In this document: positions 53,001 through 63,237 of the stretch, one piece after another
How positions within the stretch are numbered: position 1 is the stretch's first letter
Layout: each line of letters opens with the position of its first letter
NCBI GenBank assembly: GCA_051313645.2
Contig: JBNRSN020000002.1
Location: forward strand, 123,442,001-123,506,000
Length of the DNA stretch: 64,000 nucleotides
Source of the DNA: Centroscyllium fabricii
Lineage: Eukaryota
Reading direction: 5' to 3'
Translations under genes and position numbers: made by a program
The notes under the pieces: model-generated
Told to the model about the DNA's origin: nothing
Seen by the model: only the letters and a program-made list of their open reading frames with translations
The model's database searches: none

Positions 53001-56000
53001 CGCCGACACCTACTTCATGTAAGCAACAACTAAGTTCAGCATTAGACAAATTATTGTTCATGAGCATTTATTGCTTACTTCTCTTTCTCATACCTTATTA
53101 CAAATGTCTCAGCATCTGCAAAATTGGCAGCAAACTGACCTGCAGCGCCAACAATTTCATTCTATCCTCAAGTGTCAACAACACTGACCTCAGCGTTGCA
53201 GTAACTAATATCAGACAGTCAGTGATCACTCCCAATACATTTAAACCTTTTGATCATTTCACAGATCTAACTGCAAATCACTCCCTGGTTTAAATGTCGA
53301 CAAGTGACATAAATGCCATTCCAACAATTCGAAAAGCTGCTAGAACAATATCCAACTCAACCTCATCATAGACAACTGCAATATTTTGATCCTTCTTCTC
53401 AACAGTCTAATGAATAATAAATAATATAATCAACTTCTAAATTTACTCTGGGATCAATCATTATGAACAGCAAGTTGTTATGTACCGAATTATTCAGACA
53501 TCTTGGCAAATGTTTCTGCTTCTTCATTATTACAGCTGACACAACTCCACCTCCAGAAGTCTCCTTTCCCTCAACATCTGCAACATCAGAATCACCTGCA
53601 ACTGCAACACTTTCATCTGCTGCTATGAACACTATATCCAACTCACCCTCCACAGGGTCCACGGATACGCCAACAGTTTCATCTCAGCCCTCGACTCAGA
53701 TGCCAACACCTAATTCACGTAAGTTATAACTAAATTTAGCCAACGATCAATCAATTATGAATAACATGGGTTACATCGGCATCATTCTCACACTTTCTTC
53801 TAAATGTTTCTGCATCTTCCATACCTACAGCTCACTCAACTGAGAACCCAATAGTTTCCTCTCCCTCCCCAACTACAGTATCAGAATCACTGAGCACAAA
53901 GTCAATGAATACGACAACATTTTCAGCTCCATCCCACACTGGATCAACAACGGTTACACCAGGTAAGCAATAATCAACGCTGTCAATACTCAGTGACTCT
54001 CAACATGGTTTCTTCCTTATCATCATATCTCAGAACTTCCTGCAAATATCTCCATTGCTTTAATTTCTATAGCAGGCACAACTGCAACTCTGACACTGTC
54101 AGCTGCAGTCACATTCACAATATCATTTAAATACATTTTCGTCTTGCTCCAAAATACATCATTGTTCTCAATATGAATTATAAAGCCTTCTTCACTTCAC
54201 AGAAGCTTCAGCTCTAATGATTTCAGAAAAAACTGCATCAACAAGAAAATCTTCAACAATTACGTCAGTTATTTAGTGACTACATCTTGCCTCTAATCAG
54301 TGATCACCAAGGAACACTTACTGTTTATCATAGATTCTGACATTCTGTTGATTATCCTCCCTCGCCTTTCCCATTTATAGCGGACACAACCCCAAATCCA
54401 AAGCCTTCATCGGTTTCGACAACTTCCATACCTGACTCACCCTCCTCAGGGTCAGCTGCAATTTCAACTCTTTCCTCCACACAGACGCCGACACCTACTT
54501 CACGTAAGCGATAACTTAGTTCAACTTTAGACAAATTATTGTCAAAGAACATTTATTACTTACTTGACTTTCTCATACCTTATTCCAAATGTCCCTTCAT
54601 CTGCAAAATTGACAGCAAACTGACCTGCAGCACCAACAGTTTTATTCTATCCTCCAAAGTGTCAACAACACTGACCTCAGGATTGCAATAACCAATATTA
54701 GACAGTCAGCGATGACTCCCAACATGTTTATTCCTCATGATTATTTCACCAATCTAACTGCAAATCACTGCCTGGGTTAAATGTCTGCAACAGACATAAC
54801 TGCCATTCCAACAATTCCAAATGCTGCTCCAATAATATCCAACTCAACCTCATCAGACACAACTGCAACTCCAATAATTTGATACTTCTTCTCAATACAT
54901 TCATGAATTCTAACTAATATAAATTTCTAACTTTACCCTGGGATCAATCATTATAAACAGCAAGTTGTTATGTATTGAATTATTCAGAGCTTTTGGCAAA
55001 TGTTTCTGCTTCTTCATTATTACAGCTGACACAACTCCACCTCCAGAAGTCTCGTCTCCCTCAACATCTGCAACATCAGGATCACCTGCAACCACAACAC
55101 TTTCATATGATTCTACGACAACTATATCCAACTCACCCTCCACAGGGTCAACAGACACTCCAACAGTTTCATCTCAGCCCTCGACACACACACCAACACC
55201 TACTTCACGTAAGTTCTAACTAAACATATCCTACAATCAGTCATTTTTGAATACCATGGGCTTTCATTGGCATAATTCTCACACTTGAATCTGAGTATTT
55301 ATGCTACTTCCATACCTGCAGCTCGCTCAACTAAGAACCCAATAGTTTCCTCTCATACCTCAGTATCAGAAACACTGAGCACAAAGCCAATGCAAACTAC
55401 AACAGTTTCATCTCCATCCCACACTGGCTCAACAGCGGCAACCTTAGGTAAGCAATAATCACCGCTGTCAATACTCAGTGACGCTCAACATGGTTTCATT
55501 CTTATTGTCATATCTCAGAACTTCCTGCAAATATCTCCATTGCTTTAATTTCTATAGCAGGCACAACTGCAACTCTGACACTGTCAGCTGCAGTCACATT
55601 CACAATAGCATTTAAATACATTTTTGTTTGAACAGCCTTGACACAGCACTGTTTCCAGACAGAAAGTCGGCGGGTTTCAGCTGCTTAAGCAGCAGAGCCA
55701 TTAGACAACTGACACCACAGAGATTGAGTGACAGTTGCTGCCTGTTTCACTGGATTATCAAAGAGGTCTATGACATCACAATGGTTACTCTAAACCACAG
55801 AGATTGAGTGACAGCTGCTGCCTATTTCAATGGATAATCGAAGAGGTCTGAGACAACACAATAGCTACTCTAAACCATGGAGATTGAGTGATAGATGCAG
55901 TCTGTTTCACTGGCTGCCTGCTCCAGCAGAGCCATTTCATTGAGAACTTAGGTGCTATCTGTCAAAACAGCCACAAGTTGGGTTTGTGACAGCTTTTCGC

Positions 56001-59000
56001 CCACTGATCTTGTGATACAGTTAGTGCCGATGGTGGCTCGAGTCCAGGGACGTCTTCTACTGCAGCGGCTTCAAGGATAATTAGGAAGTCACTGGTGTCC
56101 CCACCATGTTTCATTGGCAGGGTTTCCAGCTGGTGGGTTTTGTGTGGGAAAAGGCTGAATATTATGGGGGGCTCTTAAAATGGCATTATACATGCCAATC
56201 AAGGGTCCCTAATGAGCCTAATGACCATCCCTGCCGGCCGCCGGTGGGAACGATTCCCAGCGGGTAGACACGGTGGTAGGAAATTACAAAGCGGCGGGGA
56301 TCCAGCGGTAGGGGTGGGGTTGTCGAGACACTTTGTTTTTGCATTTTTGCGGCCCGACCCGTCGAAAAGCCAGCCTCATGGCTCAATGAAAATTGGCAGC
56401 TAATTCTTATTATAGATTCTGACATTCTGTTGATTATGCTCCCTCTCCTTTCCCATTTATAGTGGACACAAACCCAAATCCAAAGTCTTCATCGGTTTCA
56501 ATAACATCAATCTCTGACTCAACCTCCCCAGAGTCAGCTGCAATTTCAACTCTTTCCTTCACACAGATGCCGACACCTACTTCACGTAAGCAACAACTAA
56601 GTTCAGCATTAGACAAATTATTGTTCATGAGCATTTATTGCTTACTTCTCTTTCTCATACCTTATTACAAATGTCTCAGCATCTGCAAAATTGGCAGCAA
56701 ACTGACCTGCAGCGCCAACAATTTCATTCTATCCTCCAAAGTGTCAACAACACTGACCTCAGCGTTGCAATAACTAATATCAGACAGTCAGTGATCACTC
56801 CCAATACATTTACACCTTTTGATCATTTCACAGATCTAACTGCAAATCACTCCCTGGTTTAAATGTCGACAAGTGACATAAATGCCATTCCAACAATTCG
56901 AAAAGCTGCTAGAACAATATCCAACTCAAGCTCATCAGAGACAACTGCAATATATTGATCCTTCTTCTCAACAGTCTAATGAATAATAAATAATATAATC
57001 ACCTTCTAACTTTACTCTGGGATCAATCATTATGAACAGCAAGTTGTTATGTACCGAATTATTCAGACATTTTTGCAAATGTTTCTGCTTCTTCATTATT
57101 ACAGCTGACACAACTCCACCTCCAGAAGTCTCCTCTCCCTCAACATCTGCAACATCAAAATCACCTGCAACTGCAACACTTTCATCTGCTGCTATGACCA
57201 CTATATCCAACTCACCCTCCACAGTGTCAACGGATACGACAACAGTTTCATCTCAGCCCTCGACTCAGACGCCAACAGCTACTTCACGTATGTTATAACT
57301 AAATTTAACCGACGATCAATCAAATTTGAATAACATGGGCTTACATCAGCATCATTCTCACACTTTCTTCTAAATGTTTCTGCATCTTCCATACCTACAG
57401 CTCGCTCAACTGAGAACCCAATAGTTTCCTCTCCCTCCTCAACTACAGTATCAGAATCATTGAGCACAAAGTCAATGAATACGACGACATTTTCAGCTCC
57501 ATCCCACACTGTATCTACAGCGGTTACATCAGGTAAGCAATAATCAACGCTGTCAATACTCAGTGACTCTCAACATGGTTTCTTCCTATCATCATGTCTC
57601 CCAACTTCCTGCAAATATCTCCATTGCTTTAATTTCTATAGCAGGCACAACTGCAACTCTGACACTGTCAGCTGCAGTCACATTCACAGTATCATTTAAT
57701 TACATTTTAGTCTTGCTCCTCAATACATCATTGTTCTCACTGTGAATTATAAAGCCTTCTTCACTACACAGAAGCTTCAGCTCTAATGACGTCAGAAACA
57801 ACTGCAGCAACAAGTAAATCTTCAACAATTACGTCAGTTATTTAGTGACTACATCTTGCCTCTAATCAGTGATCACCAAGGAACACTTACTGTTTATCAT
57901 AGATTCTGACATTCTGTTGATTATCCTCCCTCGACTTTCCCATTTATAGCGGACACAGCCCCAAATCCAAAGCCTTCATCGGTTTCGATAACTTCCATAC
58001 CTGACTCACCCTCCTCCGGGTCAGCTGCAATTTCAACTCTTTCCTCTGCACAGATGCCGATACCTACTTCACGTAAGCAATAACTTAGTTCAGCTTTAGA
58101 CAAATTATTGTCAAAGAACATTTATTACTTACTTGACTTTCTCATACCTTATTCCAAATGTCCCTTCATCTGCAAAATTGACAGCAAACTGACCTGCAGC
58201 ACCAACAGTTTTATCCTATCCTCCAAAGTGTCAACAACACTGACCTCAGGATTGCAATAACCAATATTAGACAGTCAGCGATGACTCCCAACATGTTTAT
58301 TCCTCATGATTATTTCACCAATCTAACTGCAAATCACTCCCTGGGTTAAATGTCTGCAACAGACATAACTGCCATTCCAACAATTCCAAATGCTGCTCCA
58401 ATAATATCCAACTCAACCTCATCAGACACAACTGCAACTCCAATAATTTGATACTTCTTCTCAATACATTCATGAATTATAACTAATATAAATTTCTAAC
58501 TTTACCCTGGGATCAATCATTATCAACAGCAAGTTGTTATGTACTGAATTATTCAGAGATTTTGGCAAATGTTTCTGCTTCTTCATTATTACAGCTGACA
58601 CAACTCCACCTCCAGAAGTCTCCTCTCCCTCAACATCTGCAACATCAGGATCACCTGCAACTGCAACACTTTCATCTGATTCTACAACTACTATATCCAA
58701 CTCACCCTCCACAGTATCAACAGACACTCCAACAGTTTCATCTCAGCCCTCGACACAGACACCAACACCTACTTCACGTAAGTTCTAACTAAACCTGTCA
58801 TGGGGTGGACTGTCCCTTTTAGTATAGAGGTTTTCTTTAGGGTTTTGGACTGTCCCTTTAAGTTCATAAGGGGTTCCTTTCAGCTTATTGAGTTGTGACT
58901 TCAATTATCATGTCCTTCTCTGGATTGGTTAGCTCCTATTATACAATTAGCTGGAGAGGGTTATTAGCCTCCAGTCTACACCTGTTCATTGCCAGTTCGT

Positions 59001-62000
59001 TTTGGTTTCTGGTGCTGTGAGAGTAAGAGTTCTATGTGTTTTTCATCCTGTTATTTGATATATATTTCAGTTAAGTTCTATTCGAGTTTGCTTTTGGATT
59101 ACCTGTTTCGGTCAAGTTGGATCACTTGCTGTGCTCACAACAGGAGTCATCTTCCCGGGACTGTTGGATTACTGGAAGTACTTCTACACCAGACTTTGGG
59201 CCTTGTTTCTTCAAACTACCAACACTTGGGTTTGGATTCTTGAACTGCTGCTTACCGGCTCTCGGGACATTGGACTATTGCTTTCTTTGTGATTGACTAT
59301 ATTCATTCATTGTTTATTACACTGTGGTTATCATATCGTTATATATATATATATATAGATTTTGTCCTGGGAATAAAGGTATTTGTGTCTGTTTACGGAC
59401 TTCCGGTGTTTCTGCGTTTGGGTCCTAAACCGATCCCTTACAAAACCTATCCTACAATCAGTCATTTTTGAATACCATGGGCTTTCATTGGCAAAATTCT
59501 CACACTTGAATCTGAGTATTTATGCTACTTCCATACCTGCAGCTCGCTCAACTAAGAACCCAATAGTTTCCTCTCATACCTCAGTATCAGAATCACTGAG
59601 CACAAAGTCAATGCAAACTACAACAGTTTCATCTCCATCCCACACTGGCTCAACAGCGGCAACCTCAGGTAAGCAATAATCACCGCTGTCAATACTCAGT
59701 GACGCTCAACATGGTTTCATTCTTATCGTCATATCTCAGAACTTCCTGCAAATATCTCCATTGCTTTAATTTCTATAGCAGGCACAACTGCAACTCTGAC
59801 ACTGTCAGCTGCAGTCACATTCACAATAGCATTTAAATACATTTTTGTTTGAACAGCCTTGACACAGCACTGTTTCCAGACAGAAAGTCGGCGGGTTTCA
59901 GCTGCTTAAGCAGCAGAGCCATTAGACGACTGAAACCACAGAGATTGAGTGACAGTTGCTGCCTGTTTCACTGGATTATCAAAGAGGTCTATGACATCAC
60001 AATAGTTACTCTAAACCACAGAGATTGAGTGACAGCTGCTGCCTATTTCAATGGATAATCGAAGAGGTCTGAGACATCACAATAGCTACTCTAAACCATG
60101 GAGATTGAGTGATAGATGCAGTCTGTTTCACTGGCTGCCTGCTCCAGCAGAGCCATTTCATTGAGAACTTAGGTGCTATCTGTCAAAACAGCCACAAGTT
60201 GGGTTTGTGACAGCTTTTCGCCCACTGATCTTGTGATACAGTTAGTGCCGATGGTGGCTCGAGTCCAGGGACATCTTCTACTGCAGCGGCTTCAAGGATA
60301 ATTAGGAAGTCACTGGTGTCCCCACCATGTTTCATTGGCAGGGTTTCCAGCTGGTGGGTTTTGTGTGGGAAAAGGCTGAATATTATGGGGGGCTCTTAAA
60401 ATGGCATTATACATGCCAATCAAGGGTCCCTAATGAGCCTAATGACCATCCCTGCCGGCCGCCGGTGGGAACGATTCCCAGCGGGTAGACACGGTGGTAG
60501 GAAATTACAAAGCGGCGGGGATCCAGCGGTAGGGGTGGGGTTGTCGAGACACTTTGTTTTTGCATTTTTGCGGCCCGACCCGTCGAAAAGCCAGCCTCAT
60601 GGCTCAATGAAAATTGGCAGCTAATTCTTATTATAGATTCTGACATTCTGTTGATTATGCTCCCTCTCCTTTCCCATTTATAGTGGACACAAACCCAAAT
60701 CCAAAGTCTTCATCGGTTTCAATAACATCAATCTCTGACTCAACCTCCCCAGAGTCAGCTGCAATTTCAACTCTTTCCTTCACACAGATGCCGACACCTA
60801 CTTCACGTAAGCAACAACTAAGTTCAGCATTAGACAAATTATTGTTCATGAGCATTTATTGCTTACTTCTCTTTCTCATACCTTATTACAAATGTCTCAG
60901 CATCTGCAAAATTGGCAGCAAACTGACCTGCAGCGCCAACAATTTCATTCTATCCTCCAAAGTGTCAACAACACTGACCTCAGCGTTGCAATAACTAATA
61001 TCAGACAGTCAGTGATCACTCCCAATACATTTACACCTTTTGATCATTTCACAGATCTAACTGCAAATCACTCCCTGGTTTAAATGTCGACAAGTGACAT
61101 AAATGCCATTCCAACAATTCGAAAAGCTGCTAGAAAAATATCCAACTCAAGCTCATCAGAGACAACTGCAATATATTGATCCTTCTTCTCAACAGTCTAA
61201 TGAATAATAAATAATATAATCACCTTCTAACTTTACTCTGGGATCAATCATTATGAACAGCAAGTTGTTATGTACCGAATTATTCAGACATTTTGGCAAA
61301 TGTTTCTGCTTCTTCATTATTACAGCTGACACAACTCCACCTCCAGAAGTCTCCTCTCCCTCAACATCTGCAACATCAAAATCACCTGCAACTGCAACAC
61401 TTTCATCTGCTGCTATGACCACTATATCCAACTCACCCTCCACAGTGTCAACGGATACGACAACAGTTTCATCTCAGCCCTCGACTCAGACGCCAACAGC
61501 TACTTCACGTATGTTATAACTAAATTTAACCGACGATCAATCAAATTTGAATAACATGGGCTTACATCAGCATCATTCTCACACTTTCTTCTAAATGTTT
61601 CTGCATCTTCCATACCTACAGCTCGCTCAACTGAGAACCCAATAGTTTCCTCTCCCTCCTCAACTACAGTATCAGAATCATTGAGCACAATGTCATTGAA
61701 CACGACGACATTTTCAGCTCCATCCCACACTGTATCTACAGCGGTTACATCAGGTAAGCAATAATCAACGCTGTCAATACTCAGTGACTCTCAACATGGT
61801 TTCTTCCTATCATCATGTCTCCCAACTTCCTGCAAATATCTCCATTGCTTTAATTTCTATAGCAGGCACAACTGCAACTCTGACACTGTCAGCTGCAGTC
61901 ACATTCACAGTATCATTTAATTACATTTTAGTCTTGCTCCTCAATACATCATTGTTCTCACTGTGAATTATAAAGCCTTCTTCACTACACAGAAGCTTCA

Positions 62001-63237
62001 GCTCTAATGACGTCAGAAACAACTGCAGCAACAAGTAAATCTTCAACAATTACGTCAGTTATTTAGTGACTACATCTTGCCTCTAATCAGTGATCACCAA
62101 GGAACACTTACTGTTTATCATAGATTCTGACATTCTGTTGATTATCCTCCCTCGACTTTCCCATTTATAGCGGACACAGCCCCAAATCCAAAGCCTTCAT
62201 CGGTTTCGATAACTTCCATACCTGACTCACCCTCCTCCGGGTCAACTGCAATTTCAACTCTTTCCTCTGCACAGACGCCGATACCTACTTCACGTAAGCA
62301 ATAACTTAGTTCAGCTTTAGACAAATTATTGTCAAAGAACATTTATTACTTACTTGTCTTTCTCATACCTTATTCCAAATGTCCCTTCATCTGCAAAATT
62401 GACAGCAAACTGACCTGCAGCACCAACAGTTTTATTCTATCCTCCAAAGTGTCAACAACACTGACCTCAGGATTGCAATAACCAATATTAGACAGTCAGC
62501 GATGACTCCCAACATGTTTATTCCTCATGATTATTTCACCAATCTAACTGCAAATCACTCCCTGGGTTAAATGTCTGCAACAGACATAACTGCCATTCCA
62601 ACAATTCCAAATGCTGCTCCAATAATATCCAACTCAACCTCATCAGACACAACTGCAACTCCAATAATTTGATACTTCTTCTCAATACATTCATGAATTC
62701 TAACTAATATAAATTTCTAACTTTACCCTGGGATCAATCATTATCAACAGCAAGTTGTTATGTACTGAATTATTCAGAGATTTTGGCAAATGTTTCTGCT
62801 TCTTCATTATTACAGCTGACACAACTCCACCTGCAGAAGTCTCCTCTCCCTCAACATCTGCAACATCAGGATCACCTGCAACTACAACACTTTCATCTGA
62901 TTCTACGACTACTATATCCAACTCACCCTCCACAGTATCAACAGACACTCCAACAGTTTCATCTCAGCCCTCGACACAGACACCAACACCTACTTCACGT
63001 AAGTTCTAACTAAACCTATCCTACAATCAGTCATTTTTGAATACCATGGGCTTTCATCGGCATAATTCTCACACTTGCATCTAAGTATTTACGCTACTTC
63101 CATACCTGCAGCTCGCTCAACTAAGAACCCAATAGTTTCCTCTCATACCTCAGTATCAGAATCACTGAGCACAAAGTCAATGCAAACTACAACAGTTTCA
63201 TCTCCATCCCACACTGGATCAACAGCGGCAACCTCAG
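1818..63237 (+). CDS. Internal portion of a giant multi-exon mucin-like (PTS/O-glycosylated stalk) gene: 83 tandem exon copies (28 A, 28 B, 27 C), ~12.0 kb coding, ~4,000 aa
   Basis: Each S/T/P-rich block has a pyrimidine tract + AG before it and GTAAG-like or GTATGT donor after it. All lengths are divisible by 3 and all exons are phase 1-1. I found no in-frame stops inside exons, while stops follow soon after the A donors. No start codon, signal peptide, TM segment or Cys domain is present in the window, so the gene cannot be named. Confidence 0.82.
2114..2239 (+). CDS. Exon class B (126 nt [19 protein letters not shown]; 132/129-nt variant [21 protein letters not shown]); first of 28 copies
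   Basis: Boundaries acctgcag|CTCGCTC ... CTCAG|gtaagc, usually 112-113 nt after exon A. Copies: 2114-2239, 4583-4714, 6073-6198, 8087-8218, 9561-9686, 11589-11714, 13619-13750, 15091-15216, 17185-17310 (donor dead), 19405-19536, 20895-21020, 22982-23110, 28507-28638, 29998-30123, 32070-32201, 33560-33685, 35638-35766, 41161-41292, 42652-42777, 44731-44862, 46221-46346, 48308-48436, 53831-53962, 55322-55447, 57401-57532, 59543-59668, 61622-61753, 63112-63237. Confidence 0.85.
2545..2992 (+). mobile_element. 5'-truncated, internally deleted CR1-clade LINE fragment
   Basis: Encodes [55 protein letters not shown] (CR1 ORF2 C-terminus). It has a 3' UTR and a (TTCTATGA)n tail. It is absent from all paralogous introns, which read cactg-g-attatc. 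Confidence 0.93.
3645..3767 (+). CDS. Exon class C (123 nt, 41 codons: [40 protein letters not shown]; variant [21 protein letters not shown]..); first of 27 copies
   Basis: Boundaries tttcccatttatag|TGGAC or CGGAC ... ACTTCAC|gtaagc. Copies start at 3645, 5133, 7149, 8637, 10651, 12681, 14151, 16244, 18469, 19954, 22043, 27570, 29057, 31132, 32619, 34699, 40226, 41711, 43793, 45280, 47369, 52896, 54381, 56463, 57950, 60684, 62171 (each ends at start+122). The 3' end (TQTPTPTS) is shared with exon A. Confidence 0.82.
6463..6665. repeat. 80-bp intronic minisatellite, ~2.5 copies (representative; recurs in intact long B-to-C introns)
   Basis: aaaccacagagattgagtgacag..ctgtttca..agaggtct.tgacatcacaatgg.tactct starts at 6463, 6543 and 6623. 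Confidence 0.9.
17185..17310 (+). pseudogene. Exon B copy with destroyed splice donor (pseudo-exon)
   Basis: ACCTCAG|aaaagcaata instead of the G|gtaagca seen in the other 27 copies. Confidence 0.75.
23272..25141 (-). mobile_element. Gypsy element X (copy 1): 3' LTR, integrase, and protease fused to the RNase H tail by an internal deletion
   Basis: 3' LTR at 23508-23272 (TGTAGCGG...) is preceded by the PPT-like [22 protein letters not shown] lies directly next to [17 protein letters not shown], so RT is missing. Confidence 0.9.
23545..24939 (-). CDS. Gypsy integrase region (element X, copy 1)
   Basis: HHCC motif (HGLSHPG..CIAC), DDE core (HVDLVG, SDRGPQF, GLCERFH) and GPY motif (YDGPYRV). 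This is a pol remnant with no native start. Confidence 0.9.
   Translation of the reverse strand: MSEFTTDIQHISGRDNVVADCLSRPTINAAQMAVDYAKLAADQRADPDLRDPAENLPGLRLANIAHGPAATVVCCDVSLQQPRPVVPHAWRRRIFETLHGLSHPGTRASIKLISAHFVWRGLRKDVRAWTNACIACQRAKVHKHIKAPLETFTVPARHFDHVHVDLVGPLPPSRGHTHLMTLVDRNTRWPEAVPLVATNTTDLARAFIATWVARFGVPTDITSDRGPQFTSALWAAIARNLGVTLHRTTAYHPQANGLCERFHLSIKASLRASLQDASWTDRLPWVLLGLRPAAKEDLHASAAELVYGQTLRVPGEFLAESNTTWSADQFLKDFANPARAFTPLPVARHGEPVAHVPDNIKHAKYVFVRHDAHRSPLQPPYDGPYRVLRAGPKAFELQLGNRTETVSIDRLKPAHVIAGDATAPAQPPQRGRPPAPTPAHTPPQHQEQRTTRAGRILRPPRRLV
25142..27025 (-). mobile_element. Gypsy element Y (copy 1), nested in X: 3' LTR 25142-25417, integrase, RNase H; 5'-truncated
   Basis: LTR TGTGGTAACC...TACATCA (276 bp) is preceded by the PPT AAGAAGGGGTGAA. 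RNase H: [24 protein letters not shown]. Integrase: CPVC, SVDFKG, SDRGSSF, GQVEREN. Confidence 0.9.
25438..27025 (-). pseudogene. RNase H-integrase pol fragment of element Y with a frameshift near HPG (~26575)
   Basis: ORFs 26511-27035 and 25438-26640 overlap in different frames across the HHCC motif. The same frameshift is in all three copies. Confidence 0.85.
35928..39681 (-). mobile_element. Nested Gypsy X+Y composite, copy 2
   Basis: Same junctions as copy 1. Integrase ORFs at 36201-37595 and 38094-39296; RNase H at 39167-39691. Confidence 0.92.
36201..37595 (-). CDS. Gypsy integrase region (element X, copy 2)
   Basis: HHCC, DDE and GPY motifs; near-identical to copy 1. Confidence 0.9.
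   Translation of the reverse strand: MSEFTTDIQHISGRDNVVADCLSRPTINAAQMAVDYAKLAADQRADPDLRDPAENLPGLRLANIAHGPAATVVCCDVSLQQPRPVVPHAWRRRIFETLHGLSHPGTRASIKLISAHFVWRGLRKDVRAWTNACIACQRAKVHKHIKAPLETFTVPARHFDHVHVDLVGPLPPSRGHTHLMTMVDRNTRWPEAVPLVATNTTDLARAFIATWVARFGVPTDITSDRGPQFTSALWAAIARNLGVTLHRTTAYHPQANGLCERFHLSIKASLRASLQDASWTDRLPWVLLGLRPAAKEDLHASAAELVYGQTLRVPGEFLAESNTTWSADQFLKDFANPARAFTPLPVARHGEPVAHVPDNIKHAKYVFVRHDAHRSPLQPPYDGPYRVLRAGPKAFELQLGNRTETVSIDRLKPAHVIVGDATAPAQPPQRGHPPAPTPAHTPPQHQEQCTTRAGRILRPPRRLV
48598..52351 (-). mobile_element. Nested Gypsy X+Y composite, copy 3
   Basis: Same junctions as copy 1. Integrase ORFs at 48871-50265 and 50764-51966; RNase H at 51837-52361. Confidence 0.92.
48871..50265 (-). 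CDS. Gypsy integrase region (element X, copy 3)
   Basis: HHCC, DDE and GPY motifs; near-identical to copy 2. Confidence 0.9.
   Translation of the reverse strand: MSEFTTDIQHISGRDNVVADCLSRPTINAAQMAVDYAKLAADQRADPDLRDPAENLPGLRLANIAHGPAATVVCCDVSLQQPRPVVPHAWRRRIFETLHGLSHPGTRASIKLISAHFVWRGLRKDVRAWTNACIACQRAKVHKHIKAPLETFTVPARHFDHVHVDLVGPLPPSRGHTHLMTMVDRNTRWPEAVPLVATNTTDLARAFIATWVARFGVPTDITSDRGPQFTSALWAAIARNLGVTLHRTTAYHPQANGLCERFHLSIKASLRASLQDASWTDRLPWVLLGLRPAAKEDLHASAAELVYGQTLRVPGEFLAESNTTWSADQFLKDFANPARAFTPLPVARHGEPVAHVPDNIKHAKYVFVRHDAHRSPLQPPYDGPYRVLRAGPKAFELQLGNRTETVSIDRLKPAHVIAGDATAPAQPPQRGHPPAPTPAHTPPQHQEQCTTRAGRILRPPRRLV
58796..59442 (+). mobile_element. Solo LTR (647 bp) with 5-bp target-site duplication AAACC
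   Basis: Starts TGTCA and ends TTACA, with AAACC at 58791-58795 and 59443-59447. Contains GATTGG (CCAAT box), an (AT)n run and AATAAA at 59372. It is absent from paralogous A-B introns. Confidence 0.9.

Larger units (their letters stand above)
17900..58790 (+). repeat. ~12.66-kb higher-order repeat, ~3.2 copies (boundaries approximate)
   Basis: Near-identical landmarks at 23545/36201/48871 (spacing 12656, 12670) and 18218/30881/43542/56212. Confidence 0.93.
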
